A DNA stretch of 58,074 bases from Lama guanicoe (lineage: Eukaryota). Location: positions 141,363 through 199,436 of the forward strand of contig MU053802.1 of the NCBI GenBank assembly GCA_013239625.1, given 5' to 3'. How positions within the stretch are numbered: position 1 is the stretch's first letter; every line of letters starts with the position of its first letter. The notes below the pieces were generated by a model that was not told the origin of the DNA, did no database searches, and saw only the letters and a list, made by a program, of their open reading frames with translations. Of the stretch, positions 24,101 to 37,529 are shown piece after piece. A program made the position numbers and the translations under genes.

Positions 24101-24402
24101 AGCTATAAAACAGAAACAGACTTATAGAAATAGTAAATAATCTTATGGTTACTTGGGCAAGGAGGTGGGAAGGGATAAATCTGATAGTCTGAGATTTACA
24201 TGTTAGTCACTATATATAAAAATAGATTTAAAAACAAGTTTTATCTGTATAGTACAGAGAACTATATTCAATATTTTGTAATAACCTTTAATGAAAAAGA
24301 ATATGATAATGAATACATATGCATGACTGGGACATTGTGCTGTATACCAGAAACTGACACATTGTAACTGACTGTACTTCAATAAAATAAAAATTAAAAA
24401 AT
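21150..24402 (+). mobile_element. LINE-1, 5'-truncated ~3.2 kb (ORF2 RT and C-terminus, 3'UTR, A tail), disabled; contains two N gaps
   Basis: [21 protein letters not shown]...[16 protein letters not shown] (RT core with altered YADD); frameshifts and stops; ends caataaaataaaaattaaaaa. Confidence 0.95.
23091..23354. other. Assembly gap (second gap at 23823-23845)
   Basis: Runs of N. Confidence 1.
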
Positions 24403-25549
24403 TAAGTCAGTAATTCATATTAGAGCTATATCCCTGTGGTTATTAAGTTCTGTAAGTTTATTTGTTTAATAAAGTAAATAAAAAAAACTATTTGCATCAC
24501 TTTTTTCATAGAGTAGACAATGTTTGATTATATACCCACTGAATGTGAGAGCTGCAAGAGATTTTGGAAAATTCTCAGCATCCCTATGTATCTCCAGTTT
24601 ATAGATAAGTCACCTGAGGTCCAGTGACAGCACCGCTTGAACAATGACAGAAGCAAGTTTCTCTGACACCTGTTTCACATTTCTTGTTTATCGAGGAAGA
24701 ATGAAGAACTTTCCTTTCTCAAAGTTCAATGGACATATCCTTTAGCTATATCATTTTTAATGGAGAGTGACATTAGGCAACATTTGAAAGATATAAACAT
24801 ATTACCTTAAAGAAAGTTAAGATTTAATGTTTTTGCCCAAACCATAAAATATATGATAATTATTGTTCTTCCCATTAGCGTTGAAACAAAATATGTTATT
24901 AGAGTTGCAGGAACTGTCATGGAATGTTGATGTTTTCAGTTCAGCCTTCAAGAGGCTTTAAAAGTATCCTCAGTTTCAACTTCTTCAGTTTTATTTTGTG
25001 TGGATGATTTTAACTAGCAATATTCACCTTGTGGTTTCAGAGTCTCTATGGAGCATGTATAGTGGGATCAAAGTTTGTATATCTTTGATATACAGAGATT
25101 CAGTTTTGACCCAGCAGTTCAGAAATATGCCAGTTGCCTAACAGCCTTCAAAAATCTCAAGCCCATCCCACTCCTTTCATGAAATAGAAAGGATTTCCTC
25201 AGAACTACCTACAAGACACAGGTACAGCTGAATGAAAGCCACATAATGGTTCTAATCATTCTCCCAGGAACAGAAAGCAGGCATCTGCTTCAGATTTCCT
25301 AATGTGAAAGCAAGACTTTTTATTTTCTCTGTGAATGAATTTTATGAAACTTAGAAAAGAGAGGCTGTGATAGGTGAAAAAAAGACCAATTTGTCTCACA
25401 ATTTCATTATCTCCTCCTCTTCAGCCTGAAGGTACACTCAGGGAGAGAGCATGGGTTGTTTTCACTGTTTTAATTCTTTCTTATCCTTGAGAATAGGCAT
25501 AAATTATTGATAAGAAACTAAACAAAAATAAAATTCCTCTCCTCTCGTG

Positions 25550-25880
25550 CAATTAAGGATTACCAAAGTTGAGGCCAATGATGTAAATGTGGGACTTCAA
25601 GGAGGCTGCTCAAAGGGAACTGATAGAGCTTGGAGAGTTTTCTTTGCCCTCCTGCTAATTCTCCTTCTTGTGGTCCAAAATGTATACATTGTTCCTGGTA
25701 TAGGCAGGGGATCCAGTGGCCATCCTGGACCATGAACATCCTTGATGACAGAAACCACATACTAAGATGCTGGAGCAGAAAGACAGATCTATACCAGGCA
25801 CTATGTCTACATGGGAATTCCAGGATTAGTTTGGACTTCTAGACTCTAAGGTTCTTTTATAGGAAGAAGAAACAATGCTC
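25550..25880 (+). mobile_element. Old MaLR (MLT1-type) LTR fragment
   Basis: gccatcctggaccatga...ctaagatgctggagcagaaagacag resembles MLT1 LTR motifs. Confidence 0.45.
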
Positions 25881-27597
25881 TCCTGATTGTCTCCTTTGGG
25901 ACGTATCCCTTAATGCAAAGTCACAGGGGCAATGTGGAGGCAGATTGTACAATTCTGTTATTTGATCCTTTTGCTTGGCGGACATCCATGTCCTTTTCTA
26001 CTGGGAACAGAAGATGTGTGAAGGGGTGAGTTGGGCTCTGAGAATTTCCCCATGAGCAGAACCTTGGTATATTGTCCATGTGTGCGTGGAAAGCAGGGCT
26101 TACATGCCAGAGCTCCCTTCTGGCCTTCACTTAGACACTGGTTGACTGGTGGGTTTTCCCCATGTCCCTTTGTGTTAAGGAGCATTTAGTGCCCATGAAC
26201 AGTTAAGCAATACATCACTTTGACATCCTATCCAGTATAAATGGAGCCTGACAAGTCGTGGCTGAGTGCATACTTATGCAATTCTATATCTAAGCCTTCA
26301 CTGTACAAGTTCAAAACCGAGGTCCAAAACAGAGGGCAGTGCTGGCCCAGACTACAGGAGGTAGTCAGTCCAGAAGATTAGCAGGGCTGTAGGGTTCCCT
26401 CAGTCCAGAGCTCAACCCACAGCATGGAGAAATTAAAGCTCAGTGGTCATGGAGGGATGCTACATGTCCTCTCTCCTGTGCAGTCGTTTTCCTCTCTGCA
26501 TCCCCACGTGTGTGCAGAAACATACACACTAGGTGTGTGGTCAAATAAAGCAGACAGTGGGGAAGTGACAACAGGAAAGGAAGAAAGTCTGGGGGCAGCT
26601 CTAGCAGGTGGTGATGGCATCCATTTTCTTAGCTACATGGTTACTGTCCCAGAAGTGGGCAGAGGAGTCCTGGGGTTCCTGGGTTTCTGTCTTGTCCAGC
26701 GACATTCTTCGTCCAACCTGAGTAGGATAGGACTTGGGTTTTGCAGTCCACCTGTGTGAGCACCTGGAACTACAAGCCCACACCCTCTAGTAGACAGTGG
26801 TCATAAGAGAAAGACCTCAATATCCTTTTGAAGTTGGGGTGCTTTTGGTAGGTGACCCCAGTGGCTTTACATGCTCACACAGTGTCCCTCAGCCTTGGCT
26901 GTCTATGACCCACAGTGCTCTGAGAATCTTGGAAAATGTTCTCCACTCTCAAGAGGTCTTTTAGAGCAGACAGGAGCTCAGGGACTTGGGATAAGGAAAA
27001 ATGCACCAGAGCACTGTAGACCAAGTCTGGGGTCCGGAGACAGGACCACTCCTTGTTTGACCCGCAGGGTCTTCATTTGAATATGCAGAGGTATCATTGT
27101 TTTGAATAAGGTGATGCCTCCTGGATAAAGATGGTCATCTCAGTGGTGGACAGAATAATGGGGGAAGGGAGCTTCTGAGGTCACGTGCACTGCCTGCAGA
27201 GCCCATAGATTCTCCTCCTTTGCCCTGGGGACTGAGGAGAGCCACTGCCTTGAGGACACCCAAACAACAGTGCCAGCTTGTCTGGTGGTGTTCCTGTCTG
27301 GGGCTGCACTGCTAGCACTGGCCGCCAGAGGGAAAGTGGCCTCCTGTGTCACTGGTGCCCACTGAACTTTGCAGAAGGAATGAGAGCAGGGTGAGTCATG
27401 CAGAGCCCTCTGTGTGTGTCCCCCTGTTTCAGAAACAGCTAGATTTGAGTGAATGAAAGAGCTTAGGTAATGGAATCTTGGGAAAGAGGTCTCACTTCGC
27501 TGGTGATAGGCCCCAATGAAACTTAGTACCAGGCACCCTCGCTCCAGAGACGGCTGCCTCAAGAGCTTGCGTGACCAGAAAGACGGAAAAGAACAAG

Positions 27598-27718
27598 ATG
27601 TTCTCCTGTTGATCACATTGTGACATTCAGAGGCTCTGGGCTGAGCAAAATCCAGAGAGACTTTCCCTCACCACCCACACCTCTGGCCATTTGACAGGAA
27701 GCACTCAAGGAAAACATG
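27598..27718 (+). pseudogene. RALGDS-like first coding exon remnant
   Basis: ATG TTC TCC TGT TGA (MFSC*), then RGSGLSK and HLWPFDR in shifted frames, like the MFSCC..RGSGL..LWPF start I recall for expanded RALGDS-like families. Confidence 0.55.
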
Positions 27719-28132
27719 GTGTCCCACTGCTGGCCGGGCCACACATGTGATCCCCCTGATGACCCTGTTTTCTTTGTCCCTCACTGTGTGCATATTTCAG
27801 GGTTGGTGGTGTCAGAGGATGAGGTGCATGCCCTTCCTTGGAAAGAGAAGATTGTTAGGTGCTGGAAGCCTGGTGGTTTGTCATGTTTATACCACAGGTC
27901 ATGGCTGGCAGGATGAGAAGGTGAGTGCTGAGAACCAGGCTCATCTACCCGTATGTTAATCCTGAGCTCTTGAGGTTTCATCTAGTTTCCCCCATGGCTG
28001 GATGACTTTTCAGATGGCCCTCTGTGCCTAAAATGAGAAACTGAATTGCTCATAGCGGGGTGTCTCCCTGTGGTGATGTCCAGGTACATCCCTGATGGCT
28101 CCAGGCCCAGCTATGAGACACTGTCTTTGCAG

Positions 28133-28215
28133 AGCTCCACCCAGCAGGTCTTTGAGGAGCTGCTCAACAAGTTCAGCTGCTCCCACTCCCTGGGCAAGGA
28201 GCAGGTGCACAGGGA
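28133..28215 (+). pseudogene. RALGDS-like exon 2 remnant, copy a
   Basis: ctttgcag|SSTQQVFEELLNKFSCSHSLGKEQVH versus RALGDS SSTQEIGEELINGVIYSISLRKVQLH. Confidence 0.7.
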
Positions 28216-28931
28216 CCCAAAGAGACCTGGAATGGGCCCCAAACCCAGACTCAAGTCTGGAGATCCCCCTGGGGCCCTTCTAAGGCTTTTCCACATGAGC
28301 AGCCAACAGGACCACTCCTGGGGAATCTGGACCTCTACAATTCCCCACACGCTACACTGTAGCGTGGGAAAGATACATGTCAGCTTGTTGCTGAAATAGT
28401 AGAGAAATATTTAATATTGTTTTTACTTTTCATGAATATCCCTGCATTTTATTCCTGTTTTGATTCTTTTAAATACACACCGCAGGTATCCACTGTAGCA
28501 ATCACCTTCACTGTCCTGGTACACCTGCTCCAAGCCTTGCCAGTCACCTCACTTAATATGGATATTTATACATAAAAGGGGGCATGAGGCTAAGCTATTC
28601 TATATCTCTGCGACATGTCATCTCACAGATACATCAAATTGTTGTAAGCCCAAGAAGTCAAGAGCTGCATCCTTACTTGTGTTCAAAACATCCCATATAA
28701 GAGGTCAGCCAATTGCCACCGTGATTCAGCTTTTCAGTGTTGTTGCCTGTGTCAGCAGCATTAAATTCAATGACTCAATTTTGTTATCATTTCAACAGTG
28801 CTGCAGGGAACACCATACATGTGTCTTAATGAACTGTTTTAGTTTGTTAGATCTGCCATTATATCAAATTTCACACTGAGTGGAAAGTCCCTGATGCTTA
28901 CTGGCCAAGCTACCAGGTTCTGTCTTTGTAG

Positions 28932-29036
28932 AACTCCACCCATGACCTCTTCAAGGAGCTGTTCAAAATGAATTCAACCATTTACAGAGACAAAGGGCAG
29001 GTGCACCAGGCCACCAACAATATCCAGTGGTTTACG
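28932..29036 (+). pseudogene. RALGDS-like exon 2 remnant, copy b
   Basis: ctttgtag|NSTHDLFKELFKMNSTIYRDKGQVHQATNNIQWFT; donor degenerated to atgaga. Confidence 0.65.
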
Positions 29037-29582
29037 ATGAGAACAAGTGCAGGAGATCTCAACTCCCAGGACCTAGAGATGATCAGAGCAGGCCTAAAAC
29101 CCAGGCTCAAATATGACACTTCCCTGTGGTCCTCTGAGGAATGTGGCTCCCCGAGTCTTCTGCCCCGTTTCAGGAGTAGAGCAAGCCTCAGGTGGCTTAG
29201 AGGGAGTGGCAAGCAGCTCATGTTTGCAGGGTTCTCAGTTCTGATCTGTTTAATCCTAAGCAGCCATTTGAAACCTCCATCTTCTGTTTTCTCATATCTA
29301 CAGAGAGAATATTTACTGATGACTCATTGGGATAATGCTCTTAAAATAGGGTGGTAGTATTGTTCCTGAGATAACACAATGCCTTGAAGGTACCAAATGC
29401 ATATTCTTCCCACTAAATCACACTGTACTTTAAAACCTAGAAACTTTTTCAAGGTGGACACTCAACCCTTCCTCTGGTACAAGTTCTTGAGGTTCTGGGA
29501 GTTTCTGGTCTCAGCTCTACATCCTGATCCTCATGGCTCATGGTGATTCCACTGGATATATGTCCATCCTTGTCCACTTCAT

Positions 29583-29774
29583 ATGAAAAGGAGATAACCT
29601 TGTTTCTGGATGAGGCTTGCACAGTGTTGACCCTGAATGAAGGCACAATGGAGAAGCTGGTAGACTCACTGGCACCAGCCTCCCTGGGTAGAAACATCAC
29701 CTATGTCAACACCTTCCTGTGGTCCTATGAGGCTTTCCCACAGCCCAACACGTCCTGCACCAACAGTTCAATGG
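29583..29774 (+). pseudogene. RALGDS-like REM-domain exon remnant
   Basis: EACTVLTLNEGTMEKLVDSLAPASLGRNITYVNTFLWSYEAF versus RALGDS ETCKVRTVKAGTLEKLVEHLVPAFQGSDLSYVTIFLCTYRAF; frameshift, then donor gtgaat. Confidence 0.85.
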
Positions 29775-30094
29775 GTGAATATCTGCCCCATTCATGGCAT
29801 GGTGGTGAGTGCCCCACCTTTACCTGTGTGTCTCTGGAAACCCACTGCACCTTTCTGAGCTTCACGTTGTTCTTTTGTCATGTGGGATGGTAAAAGAACA
29901 AGCCTCATAGGGCTACTATTGAAAGTCATGGGATAAGCTATGATAGATGCTTATCTGGGGCGTGGTGCTGCAGAGAAGGCTGACGGGCATGCTGGACAGC
30001 TTCATGTTTATTACATCTCTCCCTAGTGAAGGAGCTGTCTGCCTCATCCCTCACTGGACTGTGGCCTTTCAAAGTTTAGAAATGCACATGGAAA

Positions 30095-30945
30095 TTATCC
30101 CTAGGTGGTTTTATTCCCAGATATTTTACCCTTTTGCATGTGATGGTAAATGGGATTGTTTCTTTAATTTCTCTTTTTGATACTTCATTGTTAGTGTATA
30201 TAAAAGCAACCAATTTCTGTGTATTAATTTTATATCTTGCACCTAATTTACCAAATTCATTGATGAGCTATAGTAATTTTCTGGTGGTGTCTTTAGGGTT
30301 TTCTGTTTATAATATTATGTCATATGTAAACAGTGATAGTTTACTTCTTCCTTCCTGATTTGGATTCCTTTTATTTCTTTTTCTTCTCTGCTTGCTTTAA
30401 GGAGGACCTCCAAAACTGTGTTAGAAAAGTGGTGAGAGTGAGCATCCTTGTCTTGTTCCTGATCTTAGAGGAAATGCTACCAGCTTTTCAACATTGAGAA
30501 TGGTGGGAATGTCATATATGGCCTTTGTTATGTTGAGGTATGTTCCCTCTATGCCCACTCTCTGGAGTTTTTATCATAAATAGATGTTGAATTTTATCGA
30601 AAGCTTTTTCTGCATTTATTGAGATGCTCACATAGTTTTTATTTTTTTAACTTATTAATGTGGGATATCACATTGATTGATATGCAAATACTGAAAGTTT
30701 TACGCATCCCTGGGATAAATCCCTCTTGACCATGATGTGTGATTATTTTAATGTATTATTGGAGCTGATTGGCTAGTAGTTTGTTGAGGATTTTTGCATC
30801 TATGTACATCAGCATTATTGACCTGTAATTTTCTTTTTTGTGTGTGATATTTTTGTCTGGTTTTGGTATCAGAGTGATGCTGGCCTTATAGAATGAGTTC
30901 AGAAATGTTCTTCCTTCTGCAAATTTTGGTAACAGATTGAGAAGG
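30095..30945 (-). mobile_element. Inverted 5' segment of a LINE-1 insertion (ORF2 RT region)
   Basis: Antisense L1 ORF2 (catccttgtcttgttcctgatcttagaggaaatgct); its L1 endpoint abuts the start of the sense segment at ~30942. Confidence 0.9.
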
Positions 30946-32585
30946 AGACAAAAGACCTATACTCTGAAACTACAATGCTATTGAAAGAAATTAAAGATGA
31001 CACAAACAGATGGAAAGACATACTGTGTTCTAGAAACAGTATTGTTAAAAATGACAGTACTACTGAAGGCAATCTAATGATTCAATTCAATCCCTATCAA
31101 AATACCATTTTTTTTCATTTCAGAACTAGAAGAAATAATCTAAAAACTTATTTGGATACAGAAAAGACATTAAGTAGTCAAGACAACCTCCAGAAAGAAG
31201 AACAGAGCTGAAGGAATCAGGCTCCCTGACTTCAGGCTATACTACAAAGCTACAGTAATCAAAACAGTATGGCACTGGCACAAAAACAGACCCATAGATC
31301 AATGGAACAGGACAGAAAATCTGGAAATAAACCCACACATGTATGCACAATTAATCTATGACAAGGGAGGCAAGAATATACAATGGAGGAAGGGAAGTCT
31401 CTGCAATAAGTGGTAAAACTGGACAGCTGCCTGTAAGAGAATAGAAATTGGAATATTCTCTAACATCATTACAAAAATAAACTCAAAATAGGTTAAAGAC
31501 CTAAATGTAAGACCAAATAGTATAAAACTCCTAGAAGAAAACTTAGGCAGAACATTCTTTGACATAAATTACCACAATATGTTTGGGTCTATCTCCTAAA
31601 GTAAATAAATGAAAGCAAAAATAGACAAATGGGACCTAATTAAATTTGAAAGCTTTTGCACAGCAAAGGAAACCATTAACAAAAATAAAAAGACAACCCA
31701 CTGAATGGGAGAAAGTATTTGCAAATGATATGACCATAGGATATAATATCAAACATATATAAATAGCTCATTCAATTCAAAAATTTAAAAAGCAGCTTAA
31801 TTAAAAAATGGGGAGAAAAACTGAATAGACATTTTTCCAAAGGGGAAATGCAGATGACCAACAGACACATGAAAATATGCTCATCACTGCTAATTATTAA
31901 GGAAATGTAAATGAAAACCTCAATGAGATTATCACCTCACACCTGTCAGAATGTCTATCATCAAAAAGAACACAAATAACAAATGTTGCAAGGATGTGAA
32001 GAAAAGGGAACCATCTCACACTGTTGGTGGGAATGTAAATGTGTGCAACCACTGTGGAAAACAGTATGGAAGTTTCTCAAAAAATTAAAAATAGAACTAC
32101 CATATGACCCAGCAATTGCAGTCCTGGGTATATATCCAAAACAAAAGTAAAAGGAAAAATAAAAACACTAATTCAAAATAATGCATGCACCTCAATGTTC
32201 ACACCAGTATAATTTATAATTGCTGAATTGCCAAGATATGGAAGCAACCTAAGTGTCCATCAACAGAGGAATGGATAAAGAAGATGTGATATATGTAAAC
32301 ACACACACACAGGGGAATAGGAATATTAGCCATTAAAAAGAATGAAATTTTGCCATTTGCAACAACATGGATGGACTTGAGGAGCATTACACTAAGTGAA
32401 ACGAGTCAGACAAAGACAAATGCTGTAGGATACCACTTATATGTGGAATCTAAAATAATACAACAAAGGAGTGAATATGACAATCAAACAAAAAGCAGCA
32501 GACTCAGGATAAAGAGAACAAACTAGTGGTTACCAGTGGGGAGAAGGTGGGGAGGAGCAATATAAGGGTAGGAGAGTGGAAGGGG
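30942..32585 (+). mobile_element. Sense 3' segment of the same LINE-1 insertion
   Basis: LLKEIKDDTNRWKDILCS; ORF2 C-terminus and 3'UTR; no poly(A) visible. Confidence 0.9.
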
Positions 32586-32944
32586 GAGATAAAGCAGATG
32601 GAATGCAACCTGTTTTCCTATTTGCAAAGAAGTGTTGAGGTTCCATCTAGCTATTCCTGTCCTTGTCTTGGTGTGACCAGATTAGGGATCTCTGGAGGCA
32701 GGCATAGGACCACCAGGCCTATCCAGATAACTGGATGGTTCTGACTGTAGTTTACTCATTCAGTAGTATATATTAAGGGCCTGCTACATGTAGGCATTTT
32801 TCTACACAGTAAAATAACTTAATGAATGAAGTAGTCACAACCCCTGAGGTGAAACTCTAGTCGCACAGCTGGGCAGTCTCTCTAGACATTATAAGCATTG
32901 GTACCCATGGTACACTAGTTGTGATGCCTCAGGGCTTCCTCTAG

Positions 32945-33004
32945 GTATGGATGTGTCCTCTCACATTCTGACTATGTTAATGAAGCACAGAATCAACTAA
33001 AACT
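32945..33004 (+). pseudogene. RALGDS-like small exon remnant
   Basis: ctctag|G YGCVLSHSDYVNEAQNQLK|gtgagc versus RALGDS YGCILPYSDEDGGPQDQLKN. Confidence 0.8.
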
Positions 33005-33638
33005 GTGAGCGGTCTTTGGGCACACAAAGAGGGCCCCCATCTTCACAGAATAGAGCGGGATTGTATGGGGTCTGGGGCGGAGGAGGAGCCAACAGGCACC
33101 TGGCCCTCGTACATCTGTTGATTTTCATGGAAGAGCTGAGGTCTGGGACCTTCCCCTGCAAAAGCAAATGAGTCAAAGGGAGTTGTGCATGGGGTCCTGG
33201 ACTCTCTGGGAAGCAGCAGGGGAGAGGCAGGCTCAGTTGACCCCTAAGAGACCCATTCTCTCCACAGTCCCATCTCATTTGACTCACCCTCTCCATACTC
33301 ATCCCTTATGACCACCACACAGGGGCCCAGAACAGGAGGCATGGGGAGCAGCCTGCTCACCAAAATGTCTAAGTCAGTCCTGACGCTCATGTGCATGGAC
33401 CATGGGGTAGGCTGTGTCCAGGACCTTGGGGAGAAGTGTCAGTAGGAAAATCAGACTCACACAGGATCTTGGTTAGACTTGCTCTGTGGCTGAGCCTTTC
33501 ATTGCCAGGACAGGTAAACAGGGTTTGGAAGTGGGCTGGGACCATGATCTGGGTTCAGACCCAAAGAAGGGTGCTGGGAACCCAGTGTGGGATGAAAGGC
33601 CAGGCCTCTGACTCTGCCCCACACATGACTCTCCCCAG

Positions 33639-33831
33639 TGCTCCTTCTCTCATCTGGGGCACCTGGCCAGATTAACATGTGCAATGAAGCTGGCAGCCCC
33701 TGATCTGTCTCTGCCTCAAGCTAAAGGTGGCCTCTGTGCACGTCAGTTGGCATGAGTCAGACTTGAGGCAGCATGCTCTCTTTTTCCTGGTCAATGCAGG
33801 ACTTCTAGAGCCCACTGAGACAGAGCCAGAG
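33639..33831 (+). pseudogene. RALGDS-like exon remnant (end of REM domain)
   Basis: SLIWGTWPD*...CLKLKVASVHVS..SDLRQHA...LEPTETEPE versus SSILGTWLDQ...CLKQLVAYVQLN..SDLERRA...EPIEAEPE; stops, donor lost. Confidence 0.8.
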
Positions 33832-33952
33832 GAGAAGGGGACTGCAGGTTGGGGTGAGGTTTATGGGCTGGGTAGCTTTTTACAGGCAGTGGAATCTTGA
33901 CAATTTTTTAAAGGCATAGAGAAAGTCAGAAGCTTACTTTTGCTTGCTCCAG

Positions 33953-34324
33953 CACTAGTTTCAAGGTGCATGCCAGTGGCCGAGCCAGAAGAAGGGCCAA
34001 CCCTGAATCTAGAAATATCTTCACCTCTGTTTCTACCACCACATCTAGTGCGGGAGCCAATGTCACCTCTACTAGCTCCTCCAGCGGTGGAGCAAGCCAC
34101 ATCTGCTCCGCCTGACCAGCAGGTCCTGAGCTGGAGCCAGCGAGACAGTGTTCTCCAGTGAGAATTCCATCTCCATCTCCAAAAAGAGAGACAGAGCCAG
34201 CTTCAGCCCCAGGGCACTCCTGCCTCTAGCATGTGATCTAGAAGAGCAGGCCAAGTGAGGAGAAGCCTGACGCCAGAGCTCCCCTGTAAGGCTGGGGGCA
34301 GGGCAGTTGACCCTGACAGATGCG
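33953..34324 (+). pseudogene. RALGDS-like Pro/Glu-rich linker exon remnant
   Basis: Pro/Glu/Ala-rich frame, then SEEKPD...AGQLTLTDA versus SEEKPH...AEQFTLMDA; donor mutated to atgagt. Confidence 0.75.
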
Positions 34325-35939
34325 ATGAGTAGCTGGGCTTACAGGGCAGAGCTGGGGCAGGGCTTCTCTCTGCCGTCAGCTGCCCCAAACCTGCCTTTCC
34401 CTGACCCAGCCTCCTATGAAATGGGTCCAAATCCCAGATTCACTATTTATCAGCTGTGTGACCTGAGCAAGCTCCATAAGCTGCAAGCTGCTGCTGTCCA
34501 CCTGAGCTTGGCTGAGACAGATAATGACAGGACTTGCCGCACAGAATGGCTGTGCAGATTCATTGAGGTCGAACAGGCAGAAAGCTGTAGGGCTTTTTAT
34601 TATTGTTTGGGGGAGGGTAGCTCGCTGCGTGCGGCCAGAGCCATGGGTCACCCACTCATCTGCTCAGCAGCCTCAGCATTTATTAAGCACCTGAAGTGTA
34701 CAAAAGTACAAGACGAACAAGCCAACTCTATGGCTGTGCTGCAGCAAGGTAACGTGCGCCTGAATGGGGAGTCAGACCGAGGGGTGAGCAGAATGGGTGG
34801 AAGACGCCCCTCTAGTGGAACTGAGCTGCCTCTTCTGGAGCTTGGAGTTAGTGAGAAGCCAAAACTAAAAAGCTGAAGCTCTGATCTGTTCTTAGAAACA
34901 ATGATCCGCACATACATATAAACGAAAAAAAAGTGCAGTGTACTGTATATATGTATCTACATGCAATGTAATGTGTATTTGCAGTCAAACTGTAATAATT
35001 CTACCTAATCAAACTGAAAAAGGGGGAAAAAACCAAAGTAAAAACAACAGAATTCAAGCAATTGAAAAAAAAAAAAGCTTCTCAATAGAAATGGGAATGG
35101 TGGCCCCTGGTGACCAACCTGAGCGCTCCATCCTTCAGTCCTGTGGGACCTTAGTGTTCAGAGGAGCCCAGTGTAAAACCCTCATCCAGGCAATTTGGTT
35201 TTTTTATGTTCTCAGTTAAAAAGTATTTGGACTTTAATGCCCGTCATATATTTTTTTTTAACCTCTCCTTCCCTTTTTCCACTCTGCTCAGGAAGAGCTC
35301 CTGAAAATCTAAAAAGGTTTGTAGTAAAGACAACTCATTGAGCAGGGAGCTGGTAGAGTGGAGGCTGGAGGTCTGTCAAGAGTGGAAGGATAGGAATGGG
35401 AAAGGGGAGCGGGCAGGATGCGCTTTTTTTAGCTTCTCACTTAAAGTTATTTTGAAAAATTCCAGTCTTCTCTGGATTAACAGGAAGAGGGTAGTTTTGT
35501 CTACGGGCAGGGTGAGGGACAGGAGGTCCTGGTAATGAGGTAAAATGATGATGGCTGGGCTTTTCAGGAGGGGGTGCTGAGAGAGAAAAATTAGCAGGTC
35601 TTTGGCTTCCATGCTGGTCCATCCGGCTAGCACTTAGCTTCTTCCAGGCTGTTGGATAGATGGGGTGGGTGGGGTAGCTTTCTTTCCTAAACCAACCAGT
35701 CCAGTTTGTCCTCAGGAAACCCAGGTTCCTGCTGCTCCTTTCCTTCACCATACCCCCAAGTGGAGGGCACCCTTCTTTCCCCAAGGACGGGCACTGCAGG
35801 GTAGTCGCATGGGCCAGATGTGCAAATGGACTGTGCAACTTTGAGTCCAAATGGTTGGACCAGATACAGGTTTGTGTGCATTCTGTGACTCTGCACTGAG
35901 CCCCTATAAATTCACTGCCAGTCCATCAGTCAGGAGTCT

Positions 35940-36500
35940 CGCCTCAGTGCGTAGTCAGTGAAGACACGTGGCTTGGGTGGCTTATAAGCAGTGTCAGGAG
36001 GACCCCGGAATGGCGGAGGAGGCCGCCGCCTCGCGGGGCGAGCGAGGGCAGGAGAGGGCTGGCGAACTGGCCGCCCCGAGACTGGCCCGGGCTGGAGTCC
36101 AGGAGCCCCCGCTGCCCTCTTTGTAAAACCGGCCTCCGCCCGGCGGGAGCCGCCAGAGCCGAGGCGGTTGGGCCGGCGCCCTGGGTCGCGGACGCGCGCT
36201 GGAGGGGCCTCGCCGCCGAGGCTGAGCGCTTCCCCAGCCGCCTCGCTGAACCCCGCACCCGCCTGATCCCTTGACTCCCCGAGTTTGGGTGAGAAGTGGG
36301 GCTGCTCTGCCCAGGATGGATTTTAGAGCAAGAAAGCCAGCGAGCCAGCGGACCTCGCCTGAACTTTCCCCTAGACGCCCCATTAATGAGTTCGCCGCGC
36401 CCACCCGTGTTGACCGGCTCACGCCCCGTGGCTCTCCAGACCCACCGTCCCGCTCCCAAGTTCATCACCCGCCGCCCTGGAAAGCGGAGAGCGCCTCATC
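35940..36500. promoter_or_regulatory. CpG island of unknown origin inside the RALGDS-like pseudogene
   Basis: Dense CpG and high GC; TATA-like (ctataaa, ttataag), E-box cacgtg and cattaatg motifs; no credible protein in any frame. Confidence 0.6.
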
Positions 36501-37529
36501 TCTACGTACCTGGTTGGCAGGGCATCTCCAGAGACAGAGGTGCCCGGGGGTCAAGGCTGGGCCTTCACCCCTAGCAGGTTGCTGTCCTCCGGAAGGTGGG
36601 GCGCTGCCCCAAAGGAACTCTCTGGTGCACCCAGGCGGAGGTTCCATTTCAACCTCTGATTAAAAACAAGGTTCTCTTCGGTACTAAGGGGGCTCTGAGT
36701 GCAGGTGCTAGAATGCAGAAAACAGGCCCGCCCCTCACAGTGTCTACTGAGGAATGGGAATTACAAAGAGTGCCACAGCCCATGCAGTGGCCCCTGCAGC
36801 TAAGAAGGCTTCCTGCGCCAGAAAAGACTCCCATTCTGAACACCCAGACCCAGAGGAAAAATCACATCCCCCACCGACTTCTATGAGCCAAGACACTGAC
36901 TTCAACGCAAATACCCAACTTTTAAATTTGTCTCTGATGCTTCCTAGATCAGATGTCTGAAGATGACTTAAGGACTACAAGCGAATCACAAGGGAAACAT
37001 TCAGACATTGAACAACAAACTTGAACTTTTCCAGGGGACAGACGAGTACTTCAAGTGGAGTTTCTTTCTTTTTTTCTTCTTTCTTCTTAATTCTTCCTCT
37101 GTTAATGGAACACAGGCCTGCTGAAAGGGCAAAGGATGGCAGTTTTACTTTCTGTTGGTTTTCTAGCCTTCCAAACCCTTGGGCAAATTCAAGCACTGTG
37201 GAAAAGACTCCATTCAACCTGGAGTCACATTGCTGCAGATCCCAGCCTTGTTGGGACATGCACACACGTATTTCCAAAGATAACAGAGTTTGAAGGGGAA
37301 GGGAGAGAAAGTTCCAGGCAAAGGGTAGGGGAAAAGGGCAGGGTGGAAGACTGTCAAGAGAGCAGGAGAACCAAGAGGGAGACAGTGCACATGTGACTTG
37401 GCTTCCAATACGACACACACAAAAAGAGCAAATGAGGCAAGCTCTGTCATTACAGTGTGTGATCAAGAAAATAATTCTTCAAAATGACAGTGGAATGTCT
37501 CAACTGAGGAGAAAAGAGATCAAGAGAGA

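Noticed and set aside
21150..24402. Active reverse transcriptase or autonomous L1
   Set aside because: 5'-truncated, frameshifted, and catalytic motif altered (YAND).
34307..34876. 189-aa ORF
   Set aside because: Runs from a dead exon end through MIR/L2-derived intron; no domain similarity.
35944..36663. ORFs of 130-174 aa in the CpG island
   Set aside because: Overlapping on both strands, GC-driven, no recognisable protein or clear splice structure.
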